Below, piece after piece: positions 38,841-49,389 of a stretch of 64,000 nucleotides of DNA (within the stretch, counting starts at the first letter, position 1; every line of letters starts with the position of its first letter). The position numbers were made by a program, and so were the translations under genes. Source of the stretch: an uncultured Oscillospiraceae bacterium. GTDB taxonomy: Bacteria; Bacillota; Clostridia; Oscillospirales; Oscillospiraceae. The notes under the pieces are model-generated. The model ran no database searches and was not told the DNA's origin. It was given only the letters and a program-made list of their open reading frames with translations. The stretch lies in the NCBI GenBank assembly GCA_958436045.1, contig CAUBIP010000002.1, positions 1,087 through 65,086 on the forward strand, in the 5' to 3' direction.

Positions 38841-39617
38841 ATGGAACGAAGATTGCTGGCCGTCGGCGACATCGTCGCCCCCAGCGGCTGCGCCTATTTA
38901 TGCCGTCAACTGCCCGCGCTGCAGCGCAGGTATGAAATTGATTTCACCGTCGTCAATGGGGAAAACGCCTCTATGCTGGGGCTCACGCCCCAACAGGCGG
39001 AGGACATCTTTGACGCCGGGGCCGACGTTATCACCATGGGCAACCACACCTGGGGCCGCCGGGAGCTGGTACCCTATGCCAAAAGCTGCCCGAACCTGCT
39101 CCGCCCGGCCAATTATGCACCCCAGGCCCCGGGGCACGGCTGGGGCATCTTTGAAACGGACTTTGGCGACGTCGCCGTCATCGACCTCATCGGCCGCTGT
39201 GGGATGGATTACACGCCGGAAAACCCCTTCCTGCAGGTCGAGCGCATTTTAAAGCGCATTGAGACGAAGCTGATCTTCGTTGAGCTCCACGCTGAAGCGA
39301 CTTCGGAAAAGCTGGCCATGGGCCACATGCTGGCCGGGCGTGTCACCGCCGTCTGGGGGACGCATACCCATGTCCCCACGGCCGACGCCCAGCTTCTGCC
39401 CGGCGGCACCGGCTATCTCACAGACCTCGGCATGACCGGCCCGGCCCACTCCATTCTGGGCGTCAAGCCAGCGCAGTCCATCGCAAAATTCCGGGGTGAC
39501 TTGGCCGGCCGCTACGAGCCCGCGCCAGGGCCCTGCAAACTGGAGGGCGCCATCTTCACCTTTGATGCAGACGCCGGCAAATGCCGCGGCGTCGAGCAGG
39601 TCGCTCTCTATGATTGA
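38841..39617 (+). CDS. ymdB: YmdB-family metallophosphoesterase (2',3'-cyclic-nucleotide phosphodiesterase)
   Basis: AVGDIVAPSG, VNGENAS, GNHTW, ELHAEATSEK, GTHTHVPTAD. Confidence 0.85.
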   Translation: MERRLLAVGDIVAPSGCAYLCRQLPALQRRYEIDFTVVNGENASMLGLTPQQAEDIFDAGADVITMGNHTWGRRELVPYAKSCPNLLRPANYAPQAPGHGWGIFETDFGDVAVIDLIGRCGMDYTPENPFLQVERILKRIETKLIFVELHAEATSEKLAMGHMLAGRVTAVWGTHTHVPTADAQLLPGGTGYLTDLGMTGPAHSILGVKPAQSIAKFRGDLAGRYEPAPGPCKLEGAIFTFDADAGKCRGVEQVALYD

Positions 39618-40683
39618 GCCAATCAAGCTGCTGCACGCGGCGGACCTGCATCTGGATTCGCCCTTTGCCGGGCTGCCGCCGGAGCAGGCGGCGGCGCGCC
39701 GCCTGCAAGCCCGCCAGCTGCTGGAGCTTCTCCCCCGCCTCTGCCGCCGGGCGGGCTGCCGCCTGGTGCTGCTGGCCGGGGATCTCTTTGATACCAGCGC
39801 AGTCTATCGCGATACCGTCGACCAATTGCGCCAGGCCCTGGCCGAATGCCCGGCGCAGGTTTTTATCGCCCCGGGCAACCATGATCCCATGGGGCCGGAC
39901 AGCCCTTACCGGCGCTATTCCTGGCCCAGCCAGGTGCATATTTTCACGTCATCCCAGATCGAAACGCTGGACCTGGGCGACTGCACCGTCTCCGGTGCCG
40001 CGTTTTGTGATGGGCAGCTGCCCTCCCTGGCGGGCTTTCACGCCCCGCAGGACGGGCGGCCGCATTTCATGGTCCTGCATGGCGACCCCAATGGCCCCGC
40101 TTATCGGACGGCCACCCCGGCGGATATCGCCGCCTCCGGCCTGTGCTACCTGGCCCTGGGCCATATCCACCGCCGCGCCGCCTGCCGAACGGAGACCGGC
40201 GTCACCTACGCTTGGCCCGGCTGCTTTCTGGGCCGCGGCTTTGATGAAACCGGTCCAAAGGGCGTATACTTAGTACAGGCCGCCCCGCACCAGGTCCAGC
40301 TGCACTTTCAAATGCTGGACGCGCCCCGCTATGAAATTCTGGACGTGCCAGCAGCCCGGCTGGCCGATCTGGCAAGCCAGCTGCCCAAGGACAGCACGCG
40401 CCATCATTACCGTATCCGCCTGACCGGCGACGGCCCGGCGACGGACCTTGCCGCGCTGCAGGCGCGGCTCGCGCCCCATTTTGCCTCCCTACAGCTGGTA
40501 GACGCGACACAGCCGCCGCTGCGCCCCGCAGATGCCGCGGAGGACTCTCTGCGGGGCCTCTTTACCAAGAAGATGCACAGCGCCATCCAGACCGCGCCGG
40601 ACGCCGCACAGCGGCAGACCCTGGAGCTGGCACTGGAATTAGGGCTGAAGGCCCTGGACGGCCGTGAGGTGACGCTGCCATGA
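39610..40683 (+). CDS. SbcD/YhaO-like DNA-repair metallophosphoesterase
   Basis: LLHAADLHLDSPF, LAGDLFD, APGNHDP, LGHIH. The start overlaps the ymdB stop. Confidence 0.8.
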   Translation: MIEPIKLLHAADLHLDSPFAGLPPEQAAARRLQARQLLELLPRLCRRAGCRLVLLAGDLFDTSAVYRDTVDQLRQALAECPAQVFIAPGNHDPMGPDSPYRRYSWPSQVHIFTSSQIETLDLGDCTVSGAAFCDGQLPSLAGFHAPQDGRPHFMVLHGDPNGPAYRTATPADIAASGLCYLALGHIHRRAACRTETGVTYAWPGCFLGRGFDETGPKGVYLVQAAPHQVQLHFQMLDAPRYEILDVPAARLADLASQLPKDSTRHHYRIRLTGDGPATDLAALQARLAPHFASLQLVDATQPPLRPADAAEDSLRGLFTKKMHSAIQTAPDAAQRQTLELALELGLKALDGREVTLP

Positions 40684-42527
40684 TCCTCAAGCGTCTGCAA
40701 GCCTCCTTCGGCAAGCTGGACGGCGCCGTACTGACGCTCCAGCCGGGCCTGAATCTCCTGTACGCCCCGAACGAGGGCGGAAAATCTACCTGGTGCGCCT
40801 TCCTGCTGGCCATGCTCTACGGCATCGACGCCAGCCAGCGCGACAGCAAGGCCGCCCTGGCAGACAAGCATAAATACCAGCCCTGGTCCGGCAAACCTAT
40901 GGCCGGGCGCATCGACCTTGTGTGGCAGGGCCGGGCAGTAACCATCGAACGCAGCAGCACACCGAAAGCGCCGTTCTCGGTCTTCCGCGCTTATGATACG
41001 GACTCCGGTGTGCCCATCGACAGCCTACAGGCGGCGACCTGCGGCCAGATCCTGACAGGCCTGCCCCGGAGTGTCTTTGCCCGCAGCGTCTTTCTGGCCC
41101 AGGAGGCCCACGCGTTGACTTATGACGAGGCTCTGGAGCAGCAGCTGCAGCGCCTTGTCTCGACGGGGCCGCAGGAGGCGACGTTTGCCCAGGCAAAGCA
41201 GCAGCTGCAGCAGCTGCAACGCCGCTGCCAGCATCATAAAGCCGGCCTGATCCCTGCCTGCCAGGCGGAGCTGGCCCAGTGTGAGCAGGCCCTGGCCCAG
41301 CGCAGCGCGTTGGAGGACGCCTGTGCCCAGCAGCAAAAGCAGCTCGCCCAGCTGGACGACGCCTATCGCGACGCCGCATCCCACTGCGCTGCCCAAACGG
41401 AAGCCGCCCGCCAGGATGCCCAGCTGCAAGCGAAGCTGGCAAATGCGCAACTGGCTGCCCTCACGCAGCAGCAGGCCGCGCTGCCGGAAGATGCGCAGCT
41501 GCGCCAATGGATGACCCAGCTTGCCGCCGCCCCGGCAGAGCCGCCGCGCCAAAAGCATCGCCGCTGGCCCTTCCTCGCTGCGGCGCTCCTGCTGGCCGTG
41601 GCCGCGGCGCTGCTGCGCCGCAGCCTGCCCGCCGCCATCGCCTGCGGCGTTCTGTCCCTGGCCAGCGCCCTGGCCGCGCTGCGGCCTGCCCGACAGATGG
41701 CAACAGACCACCTACCAGCCGAGATCGCCGCAGCATTCCCCCAGGCAAAAACGCGCGAGGAAGCCCAGACCGCGATTTTAGACGCCCTGGCGCTGCCCCA
41801 ACGCCGCGCTCAGGCCGAAGCGCAAGCCCGGCAGGCAGACGCCGCGCTGCAGCTGCTGCAGCTGCTCCCCACGCAGCCGCGCGATGACGCCATGCAGGCC
41901 CTGGACGCCCGCCGGACAAGCTGCCGCCAGCAGCTTGCCGCCGATCAGGCGCGTCTGGAAGCCTATCCGCCGCTGCTGCAACTGCAGCAGCAACGAAGCG
42001 CACTGACAAAACGGCTAGCGGCGCTCACCCAGCATTACGAAGCCCTCGGCCTGGCACTGGACGCTCTGCAGCAGGCCAGCGATACCCTGCAGGCCCGCTT
42101 CGCCCCGCCGCTGCGGCAGCTGGCCGGAACGTATCTGGCCCGGCTGACCGGCACACCACATCGGCAATTAGAGCTGGACCGGCAGCTGCAGGTCCGCCTG
42201 CAAGAGCCTGGTGACCCCGTCGCCCATTCCAGCCGCTGCTACAGCGCCGCTACCTGCGACCAGATCTGGCTCGCCCTGCGCCTGGCCATTGCCCAGCTTT
42301 TGGCCCCGCCGGAGACGCCCTGTATCCTGGACGACGCCCTGGTCTGCTTTGATGATGCCCGCATGGGCCGCGCGCTGGAGCTGCTCCGGCAGCTGGCCCA
42401 GCAGCGTCAGATCCTGCTGTTTACCTGCCAGACGCGGGAGCAGCGTTATCTCGATTCCCTTGATCCCCCGCAGGAAGGAGCCCCCTATGGCAAAGAAAAA
42501 GCTACAATCCCCGCTGCCCCCCTATGA
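40680..42527 (+). CDS. SbcC/YhaN-like AAA ATPase with Q/A/L-rich coiled coil and a central hydrophobic hairpin
   Basis: Walker A NEGGKST, long QQLQ/AQLA coiled coil, WPFLAAALLLAVAAALL..ACGVLSLASALAAL, C-terminal ILDDAL (Walker B-like). ATGA overlap with the upstream gene. Confidence 0.75.
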   Translation: MILKRLQASFGKLDGAVLTLQPGLNLLYAPNEGGKSTWCAFLLAMLYGIDASQRDSKAALADKHKYQPWSGKPMAGRIDLVWQGRAVTIERSSTPKAPFSVFRAYDTDSGVPIDSLQAATCGQILTGLPRSVFARSVFLAQEAHALTYDEALEQQLQRLVSTGPQEATFAQAKQQLQQLQRRCQHHKAGLIPACQAELAQCEQALAQRSALEDACAQQQKQLAQLDDAYRDAASHCAAQTEAARQDAQLQAKLANAQLAALTQQQAALPEDAQLRQWMTQLAAAPAEPPRQKHRRWPFLAAALLLAVAAALLRRSLPAAIACGVLSLASALAALRPARQMATDHLPAEIAAAFPQAKTREEAQTAILDALALPQRRAQAEAQARQADAALQLLQLLPTQPRDDAMQALDARRTSCRQQLAADQARLEAYPPLLQLQQQRSALTKRLAALTQHYEALGLALDALQQASDTLQARFAPPLRQLAGTYLARLTGTPHRQLELDRQLQVRLQEPGDPVAHSSRCYSAATCDQIWLALRLAIAQLLAPPETPCILDDALVCFDDARMGRALELLRQLAQQRQILLFTCQTREQRYLDSLDPPQEGAPYGKEKATIPAAPL

Positions 42528-43347
42528 CCGCCAGAGTCTGCGGCAGCAATTTCACGAGCACAAAGGCAAATTTATCGTCTATTTCACCCTCCGGGCCATC
42601 GTCGTCGCGGCGCTGGTGCTCTCCGCCATCCGCGGGCGCTATGAAAACGTCGCCACCTGCGCGCTGACGCTGGTGCTGTTTCTGCTGCCCGCCTTCGTGG
42701 AGCGCAACTTCCGGGTCGACCTGCCGGACACGTTGGAGATCATCATCCTCTGCTTTATTTTCGCCGCAGAAATTTTGGGAGAGCTGGCCTGCTGGTATGT
42801 CCGCTACACTGGGTGGGACACCCTGATGCACACCATCAATGGCTTTATGGCCGCTGCTGTCGGCTTCTCTCTGGTGGACCTGTTCAATCGCAACAAGCGC
42901 TTCCAGCTGGAGCTCTCGCCGCTGTTTTTGGCTCTGGTGGCGTTCTGCTTTTCCATGACCATCGGTATTCTCTGGGAATTTTTTGAATTTGCCATGGATT
43001 ATTTTTTCCAGACAGACATGCAAAAGGACACCGTCCTGCACGTGATCTCCTCCGTGAAGCTGGACCCGGCCAATAGTAATACCCCCATCGTCATCCGCGA
43101 TATCACCGACGCCAGCATCAATGGCCAGTCCCTCGGCCTGGGCGGCTACCTGGATATCGGCTTGTATGACACGATGAAGGACCTGTTCGTCAATTTTATC
43201 GGCGCGGTCGTGTTCTCTGTCATCGGCTTTTTCTATGTCCGCAGCCGGGGCAAGCAGAAGTTTGCCAAGCATTTTATCCCCGTCGTCGAGCAGGATGCCG
43301 CGCCGACAGACCGCGCCCCCAACGAGGGACCGGGCGCATCAGTTTAA
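42487..43347 (+). CDS. Multi-pass membrane protein, family not recognised
   Basis: ATG at 42487. 286 aa with about 6 hydrophobic spans (WDTLMHTINGFMAAAVGF, GILWEFFEFAMDYFF). Overlaps the 3' end of the ATPase gene by 41 nt. Confidence 0.6.
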   Translation: MAKKKLQSPLPPYDRQSLRQQFHEHKGKFIVYFTLRAIVVAALVLSAIRGRYENVATCALTLVLFLLPAFVERNFRVDLPDTLEIIILCFIFAAEILGELACWYVRYTGWDTLMHTINGFMAAAVGFSLVDLFNRNKRFQLELSPLFLALVAFCFSMTIGILWEFFEFAMDYFFQTDMQKDTVLHVISSVKLDPANSNTPIVIRDITDASINGQSLGLGGYLDIGLYDTMKDLFVNFIGAVVFSVIGFFYVRSRGKQKFAKHFIPVVEQDAAPTDRAPNEGPGASV

Positions 43348-43368
43348 GGATTTTTAACGCGCTTTTCA

Positions 43369-43397
43369 TTGACGCGTTTGCCGTAACGTGGTAATAT
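43369..43397 (+). promoter_or_regulatory. Promoter of greA
   Basis: TTGACG, 17-nt spacer, TGgTAATAT (extended -10). Confidence 0.65.
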
Positions 43398-43455
43398 ATT
43401 TGTAAGGACTGCCGGGCCCGTCCAAGCCCCGCGCCCAAAGGAAAGAGGCAGTTTT

Positions 43456-43962
43456 ATGCACGACGAATTGACAAAACAGGACATTCGCTTAATGCAGCAG
43501 GAGCTGGAAGACCGGATTCAAAACCAGCGGCCCGTCCTTTTAGAGGAGGTCAAGCGCTGCCGTGAATTTGGCGACCTGAGCGAGAATTTTGAATACAAAG
43601 AAGCCAAGCGTGCCAAAAACCGCAACGAAAGCCGCATCCGCTACCTGCAAAATATGATTAAAACCGCCCATTTGATCGACGAAGCCCCCAAACAGAGCAG
43701 CGTCGTCGGGCTGTTTGACAAGGTGGTCCTCTACTTTGAAGAGGACGAGATGGAGCAGACCATCCAGGTCGTCACCACGATCCGGACCGACCCGGACCAA
43801 GGCCTGATTAGCAAGGAATCCCCCCTGGGCAAGGCCGTCCTCGGCCGCTGCGTCGGCGACAGAGTCGAGGTCCAGGTCAGCCCTCAGTATCACTACGCCG
43901 TTCTCATCCGCGCCATCACGCAGGCGGAGGACGACGGCTCCGCCCCGATTTTACCCTTCTGA
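43456..43962 (+). CDS. greA: Transcription elongation factor GreA
   Basis: FGDLSENFEYKEAKRAKNRNESRIRYL coiled-coil tip. C-terminal FKBP-like domain. Confidence 0.9.
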   Translation: MHDELTKQDIRLMQQELEDRIQNQRPVLLEEVKRCREFGDLSENFEYKEAKRAKNRNESRIRYLQNMIKTAHLIDEAPKQSSVVGLFDKVVLYFEEDEMEQTIQVVTTIRTDPDQGLISKESPLGKAVLGRCVGDRVEVQVSPQYHYAVLIRAITQAEDDGSAPILPF

Positions 43963-44009
43963 CTGCCGGCACGTCCGGCGCATCCTAGAGAGAAAGGTGG
44001 CGTATCTCC

Positions 44010-45569
44010 TTGGCGCTGCAAAAGAATTTGTTTGAGTATCTCGAACACTCAGCTGCGCAATATGGCGACAAAGTCGCCTTTGCCGACCCAAAAAATGCCT
44101 ACACCTTCCGGTCATTGCTGCACGCTGCCGAAGCCATCGGCACGTTTATCATGACCCGGACCAACGCCTTGAATCGGCCCATCGCCATTCTGGTCGAGCG
44201 CTCCTCCCTGAGCCTGGCCGGGTTTATGGGGATTTTGGCCAGCGGCAACTATTACGTCCCCATTGACCGGGATATGCCGCCCCGCCGCTTGGAGATGATC
44301 CTGCGGCAGCTGCGCCCCGCCGCCCTGCTGGGCCCCCGGGACGCGGAGGAGGATATGGACCATTTTGCCGCCATGTGCCCGGTCTTCACCCTGGAGGAAG
44401 CCCAGCGGGCCAACCCGGTAACGATGTTCCTGACGGCCCGCCGTCAGATGGTCCTGGATATCGACCCGGCCTATGTTATCTATACCTCCGGCTCCACCGG
44501 CGCGCCCAAGGGGATTGTGATCTCCCACCGGGCCGTCATTGATTTCACCGAGTGGATGGCCGATACGTTCCGCTTCACCGATGAAGACATTCTCGGCAAC
44601 CAGGCGCCCTTCTACTTTGACCTCTCCGTCAAGGATATTTACCAGGGTCTGCGCTGCGGCTGCACTGTCCATATCTTCCCGCAGGAATACGTCCTGCTGC
44701 CGGAGCGGCTGCTTGCCTTTGCCGACGACTACGGCATCACCTCCTTTATCTGGAGCACCAGCTCGTTTAACCAGCTGGCAAACTCCGGCGCGCTGGCCAA
44801 GGCCGCACCCCGCTGGCTCAAGCGCGTCATCGTCGGCGGTGAGCCAATGCGGGCCCGGGAGCTGAATATCTGGAGGGCCGCCTTGCCGGACGTGCAGTAT
44901 GTCAATCTCTACGGCCCGACGGAAGTCACTGTCGACTGCACCTATTATATCGTCAACAAGGAATTTGCCGACGATGAGATGATCCCCATCGGCCGTCCAT
45001 GCCTGAACAAGCAGGTCATGCTGCTGGATGACGATCTCAACTTCGTCAAGCGCGGCCAGATCGGTGAGATCTGCGTCCGTGGTATCGGCTTGGCCAAGGG
45101 CTATTATAACGACCCGGACAAAACAGCCGCCGCCTTTATTCAAAACCCCGCCTCCGCCTATCCGGACCTCATTTACCGGACCGGCGACCTGGGCATTATG
45201 GACAAACGGGGCGTCATGCGCTTCTGCTCCCGGAAGGACGGGCAGATCAAGCATATGGGCTACCGCATCGAGTTGGGCGAGATCGAAGCTGTCCTGTGCA
45301 GCCTGTCTGAGATCAAAAACGCCGTCTGCCTGTATCAGGACGATACGGACCAGATCATATGCATCTACGACGGGCCCATTGACGAATCCCGCATTCTCTT
45401 CCGGCTGCGGCACACCGTGCCCAATTACATGCAGCCCAACCGGTTCATCCACCTGGAGCAGATGCCCTTTAATGCCAACGGCAAAATCGACCGAGCCATG
45501 CTCAAGAGCCGCTACATCACCCAGTCCCATCTGGAAAGCACGCCGGATGCCCACCCTGCGCCGCAATAA
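44010..45569 (+). CDS. Stand-alone NRPS-type adenylation enzyme (DltA-like), no carrier domain
   Basis: TTG start. Core motifs YTSGSTGAPKG, NLYGPTE, YRTGDLG, GRKDGQIKHMGYRIELGEIE, PNYMQP, NANGKIDR. The protein ends just after A10. Confidence 0.8.
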   Translation: MALQKNLFEYLEHSAAQYGDKVAFADPKNAYTFRSLLHAAEAIGTFIMTRTNALNRPIAILVERSSLSLAGFMGILASGNYYVPIDRDMPPRRLEMILRQLRPAALLGPRDAEEDMDHFAAMCPVFTLEEAQRANPVTMFLTARRQMVLDIDPAYVIYTSGSTGAPKGIVISHRAVIDFTEWMADTFRFTDEDILGNQAPFYFDLSVKDIYQGLRCGCTVHIFPQEYVLLPERLLAFADDYGITSFIWSTSSFNQLANSGALAKAAPRWLKRVIVGGEPMRARELNIWRAALPDVQYVNLYGPTEVTVDCTYYIVNKEFADDEMIPIGRPCLNKQVMLLDDDLNFVKRGQIGEICVRGIGLAKGYYNDPDKTAAAFIQNPASAYPDLIYRTGDLGIMDKRGVMRFCSRKDGQIKHMGYRIELGEIEAVLCSLSEIKNAVCLYQDDTDQIICIYDGPIDESRILFRLRHTVPNYMQPNRFIHLEQMPFNANGKIDRAMLKSRYITQSHLESTPDAHPAPQ

Positions 45570-45597
45570 TAAAGTTTCAGATTAGACATAGTAAAAA

Positions 45598-45636
45598 ACA
45601 CAGGCAAGTGCTTGACTTGCCTGTGTTTCTTTCTTC
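45598..45636. terminator. Bidirectional terminator
   Basis: ACACAGGCAAGT-gcttg-ACTTGCCTGTGT flanked by an A-run and a T-run. Confidence 0.8.
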
Positions 45637-45648
45637 TGTATTTCCCGC

Positions 45649-46341
45649 TCAGCGGTTCTGAAAAAAGCCACTGTCGGCCATAGAGACAAAATCGTTATCT
45701 GCCACGATGATATGGTCCACCAGCTGGATACCCACAGCGTCCAGCGCGGTCTCTAAACGGCGGGTTGTTGCCTCGTCCTCCCGGGAGGGCAGCGCAATGC
45801 CGCTGGTATGGTTATGGGCCAGGACGACGGACGTTGCATTGACCGCAAGCGCCGTCTCCACGATGCGCCGCACGGAGATCTCCGCCGCGTTGACGCTGCC
45901 GCGGGAGAGCATCCTGCAGTCCAGCACCTTGCACTTGGCATCCAGGCTCAGCAGATATACCTGCTCTTCCCGGGCACCGAAGAAATACGGGATCAGATAC
46001 GCGCCGCAGCGCTCGGTCGAGTTCAGGATCTTCTCCTGGCGTGTCTGGTCGATAAAATATCTTCTGCCTAGCGCCGGGATAGCATGCAGCAGGACCGCCG
46101 CATGTTCCGAGATCCCCGGCACCTGCTGCAGCTGCTCCGGCGACGCGTTGAAAACCGCCGAAAGAGAACCGAATTGTTCCAGCAGCGCATGGGCCAGCGG
46201 GTTCGTATCACGCCGGGCAATCGCATAGAACAGCAGCAATTCCAGGCAGTTGACGTCCGAGAGGCTGTCCAGCCCTGCCTCCAAAAATTGCCGCTTCAGC
46301 CGCTGACGGTGTCCCGCATGAACATTGCCTTCCTTTTCCAT
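45649..46341 (-). CDS. radC: RadC-family JAB-domain protein
   Basis: Internal ATG at 46341 with AAGGAGAGAG RBS. HRQRLKRQF, LELLLFY, HNHTSG JAB motif. 10 nt downstream of uvrA. Confidence 0.85.
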   Translation of the reverse strand: MEKEGNVHAGHRQRLKRQFLEAGLDSLSDVNCLELLLFYAIARRDTNPLAHALLEQFGSLSAVFNASPEQLQQVPGISEHAAVLLHAIPALGRRYFIDQTRQEKILNSTERCGAYLIPYFFGAREEQVYLLSLDAKCKVLDCRMLSRGSVNAAEISVRRIVETALAVNATSVVLAHNHTSGIALPSREDEATTRRLETALDAVGIQLVDHIIVADNDFVSMADSGFFQNR

Positions 46342-46351
46342 GCTCTCTCCT

Positions 46352-49174
46352 TTACAGCACGCCCCGCAGGTATTTCCCGGTATAGCTGGCCGGATGCTGC
46401 GCGATTTCCTCCGGCGTACCCGCCGCGACGATAGTCCCGCCGCCGGTGCCGCCCTCAGGCCCCAGATCAATGATATAATCCGCCGTCTTGATGACATCTA
46501 GGTTATGCTCGATGACCAGGACGGTATTGCCCAACTCCACCAGGCGCTGCAGGACCTCCGTCAGCTTATGCACATCGTAGGTGTGCAGCCCCGTCGTCGG
46601 TTCGTCGAGAATATAGATCGTCGAGCCCGTGGCACAGCGGGAGAGCTCCGTCGCCAGCTTGACCCGCTGGGCTTCGCCGCCGGAGAGGGTCGTGGAGCTT
46701 TGGCCCAGCTTGATATAGCCCAGGCCGACTTCTACCAGCGTCGCCACCTTGCGGCGGATCTTGGGTAGGTTTTCAAAAAATTCCAGTGCCTCATCGGCGG
46801 TCATATCCAGAATATCCGCAATACTCTTCCCCTTATAGAGCACCTCCAGCGTCTCCCGGTTATACCGGCGGCCACCGCAGGCCTCACAGGGGACATAAAT
46901 ATCCGGCAGGAAATGCATCTCGATGCGCACCAGCCCATCGCCGCTGCAGGCCTCGCAGCGGCCGCCCTTGACATTGAAGGAGAAGCGCCCCGGGCCGTAG
47001 CCCCGGGCCTTCGCCTCCGCCGTCGCGGCAAACAGGTCGCGAATGTCATTGAACAGGCCAGTATACGTCGCCGGATTCGACCGGGGCGTCCGCCCAATGG
47101 GGCTCTGGTCGATGGCGATGACCTTGTCCAGATGCTCGATGCCTTCAAAATGGTCGTGCCGTCCGGCCCGCAGCCGGGCCCGGTTCAGCTTTGCCGCCAG
47201 CTTTTTATAGAGGATCTCATTGACCAGGCTGGATTTACCAGATCCGGAAACGCCGGTTACGCAGGTAAACGTCCCCAAGGGGATGGCGATGTCGATATTT
47301 TGCAGATTGTTCTCCCGGCAGCCGAAGGCCTTGAGCCAATGCCCGTTGCCGCTGCGCCGCTGCGCCGGGACAGGGATCCTCCGCACGCCGGACAGATACT
47401 GCCCCGTGATGCTTTCCGGCGTGGCAATGATCTTCTCCAGCGGCCCTGCCGCGACAATACTGCCGCCATGGACACCCGCACCGGGGCCGACGTCCACGAT
47501 AAAATCCGCCGCCCGCATGGTATCCTCATCGTGCTCGACGACGATCAGGGTATTGCCCAGGTCCCGCAGGCGCTTTAATGTCGCCAGCAGGCGGTCATTA
47601 TCCCGCTGGTGCAGGCCGATGGACGGCTCATCGAGGATATACAAGACTCCCATCAGCGACGAGCCGATCTGCGTCGCCAGCCGGATGCGCTGGCTCTCGC
47701 CGCCGGAAAGGGTCCCGGCGGCCCGGGCCAGGGTCAGGTACTCCAGGCCCACGTCCTTCAAAAAGCCCAGCCGCGACCGCAGCTCCCGCAGGATCTGGTC
47801 GGCGATCATCGCCTGGGCGCCGGTCAGGTGCAGGTCGTTCACAAACGCCAGTGCCTGTGTCACCGGCAGGCGGCAGAAATCGGCAATGCGCATCCCGCCG
47901 ACCGTCACCGCCCGAGAGATCTCCGAAAGGCGGTCACCATGGCATGCCGGGCAAGGCTGGGCCGCCATATAGGACTCCAGCTCCTTGCGCATCGCGTCAG
48001 ACTGGGTCTCCCGCAAGCGGCGCTCCAGATTTGGCAGAACGCCCTCAAAGGGCTGCTCCAGTGTCCCCCGGCCATTGCCGCGGGAGTAGTGCAGCTGCAG
48101 CTTTTCCTTGCCAGTGCCGTATAAAATCGCCTGCAGCCCCGCTTTGGGCAGCTTGTTGATCGGGTCCTGCAGGGAGAAGTGGTATTTTTCCGCCAGGGCT
48201 TCAAAATACATCCGCGCGATGGAATCTGACTTGACGCTGTTCCAGCCGCTGGCCTCGATGCCGCCGTCCCAGATTGAACGGCTCGGGTCCGGGATAACCA
48301 GCTCCGGGTCAGCCTTTTGCAGAAAGCCCAGGCCGGTACACGCCGGGCAGGCGCCATAGGGATTGTTGAAGGAGAACATCCGGGGCGAAAGCTCCTGCAG
48401 GCTCACGCCGCAGTCGTCGCAAGCGTAATTCTGGGAGTACAGCGTCTCCGCGCCGCTGCCTGGCTCCTGGATGATGACCAGACCGCCGCTGCGGGCCGTG
48501 GCCGTCTCGATAGAGTCGGCCAGCCGGCGGCGGATATCGCCCCGCATGACCAGCCGGTCCACGACCAGCTCGATGTGATGCTTTTTATTCTTATCCAGCG
48601 TGATCTCTTCGGAAAGATCGTATAAGCTGCCGTCCACCCGGACGCGGACAAAGCCGCTGCGCCGCGCATCCTCCAGGACCTTGCTGTGCTCGCCCTTTTT
48701 CCCCCGGATGACCGGAGCCAGGACCTGAAATTTCGTTCCCTCCGGCAGCAGCCCGACCTTATCGACGATCTGGTCGATGGTCTGGCGGCGGATCTCCTTG
48801 CCACAGCGCGGGCAATGGGGCGTGCCGACCCGGGCCCAGAGCAAGCGCAGGTAATCGTAGATCTCTGTGACCGTCCCTACGGTGGAGCGAGGGTTTTTTG
48901 AAGTCGTCTTCTGGTCGATGGAAATGGCAGGGGAGAGGCCATCAATGGAATCCACATCCGGCTTGTCCATCTGCCCCAAAAACTGCCGGGCATAGGAGGA
49001 GAGGGACTCCACGTAGCGCCGCTGCCCCTCGGCAAAGATCGTATCAAACGCCAAGCTGGATTTTCCCGAGCCGGACAAGCCGGTGAACACGATCAGCTTA
49101 TCCCGCGGCAGGTCCAAATCGACATTTTTCAGGTTGTTCGCTCTGGCGCCGCGGATGGAAATTTTATCTAGCAT
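46352..49174 (-). CDS. uvrA: Excinuclease ABC subunit A
   Basis: [21 protein letters not shown], two ABC modules, 940 aa. Confidence 0.95.
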   Translation of the reverse strand: MLDKISIRGARANNLKNVDLDLPRDKLIVFTGLSGSGKSSLAFDTIFAEGQRRYVESLSSYARQFLGQMDKPDVDSIDGLSPAISIDQKTTSKNPRSTVGTVTEIYDYLRLLWARVGTPHCPRCGKEIRRQTIDQIVDKVGLLPEGTKFQVLAPVIRGKKGEHSKVLEDARRSGFVRVRVDGSLYDLSEEITLDKNKKHHIELVVDRLVMRGDIRRRLADSIETATARSGGLVIIQEPGSGAETLYSQNYACDDCGVSLQELSPRMFSFNNPYGACPACTGLGFLQKADPELVIPDPSRSIWDGGIEASGWNSVKSDSIARMYFEALAEKYHFSLQDPINKLPKAGLQAILYGTGKEKLQLHYSRGNGRGTLEQPFEGVLPNLERRLRETQSDAMRKELESYMAAQPCPACHGDRLSEISRAVTVGGMRIADFCRLPVTQALAFVNDLHLTGAQAMIADQILRELRSRLGFLKDVGLEYLTLARAAGTLSGGESQRIRLATQIGSSLMGVLYILDEPSIGLHQRDNDRLLATLKRLRDLGNTLIVVEHDEDTMRAADFIVDVGPGAGVHGGSIVAAGPLEKIIATPESITGQYLSGVRRIPVPAQRRSGNGHWLKAFGCRENNLQNIDIAIPLGTFTCVTGVSGSGKSSLVNEILYKKLAAKLNRARLRAGRHDHFEGIEHLDKVIAIDQSPIGRTPRSNPATYTGLFNDIRDLFAATAEAKARGYGPGRFSFNVKGGRCEACSGDGLVRIEMHFLPDIYVPCEACGGRRYNRETLEVLYKGKSIADILDMTADEALEFFENLPKIRRKVATLVEVGLGYIKLGQSSTTLSGGEAQRVKLATELSRCATGSTIYILDEPTTGLHTYDVHKLTEVLQRLVELGNTVLVIEHNLDVIKTADYIIDLGPEGGTGGGTIVAAGTPEEIAQHPASYTGKYLRGVL

Positions 49175-49312
49175 ACAGGAAAGCCTCCTGGGTCGTAAGT
49201 TGTTTTACCGCAAAATAAGCAGCATTTCAACAATTTATTATACCACGCTTCCGGCCTGGCGACAACTGGAAAATTGCAGGAAATATATGATTACTACAAC
49301 CCAAAAAGGCAG

Positions 49313-49362
49313 AAAAAACAGCGCCGCGGCCAGACACCCGAAGGCCCCTGCGCCGCAGCGCC
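49313..49362 (-). terminator. Intrinsic terminator after dapB
   Basis: Minus strand GCGCTGCGGC...GCCGCGGCGC followed by TGTTTTTTCTG. Confidence 0.65.
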
Positions 49363-49389
49363 GCTTCCTGTGCGATCCACGCGATAAGA

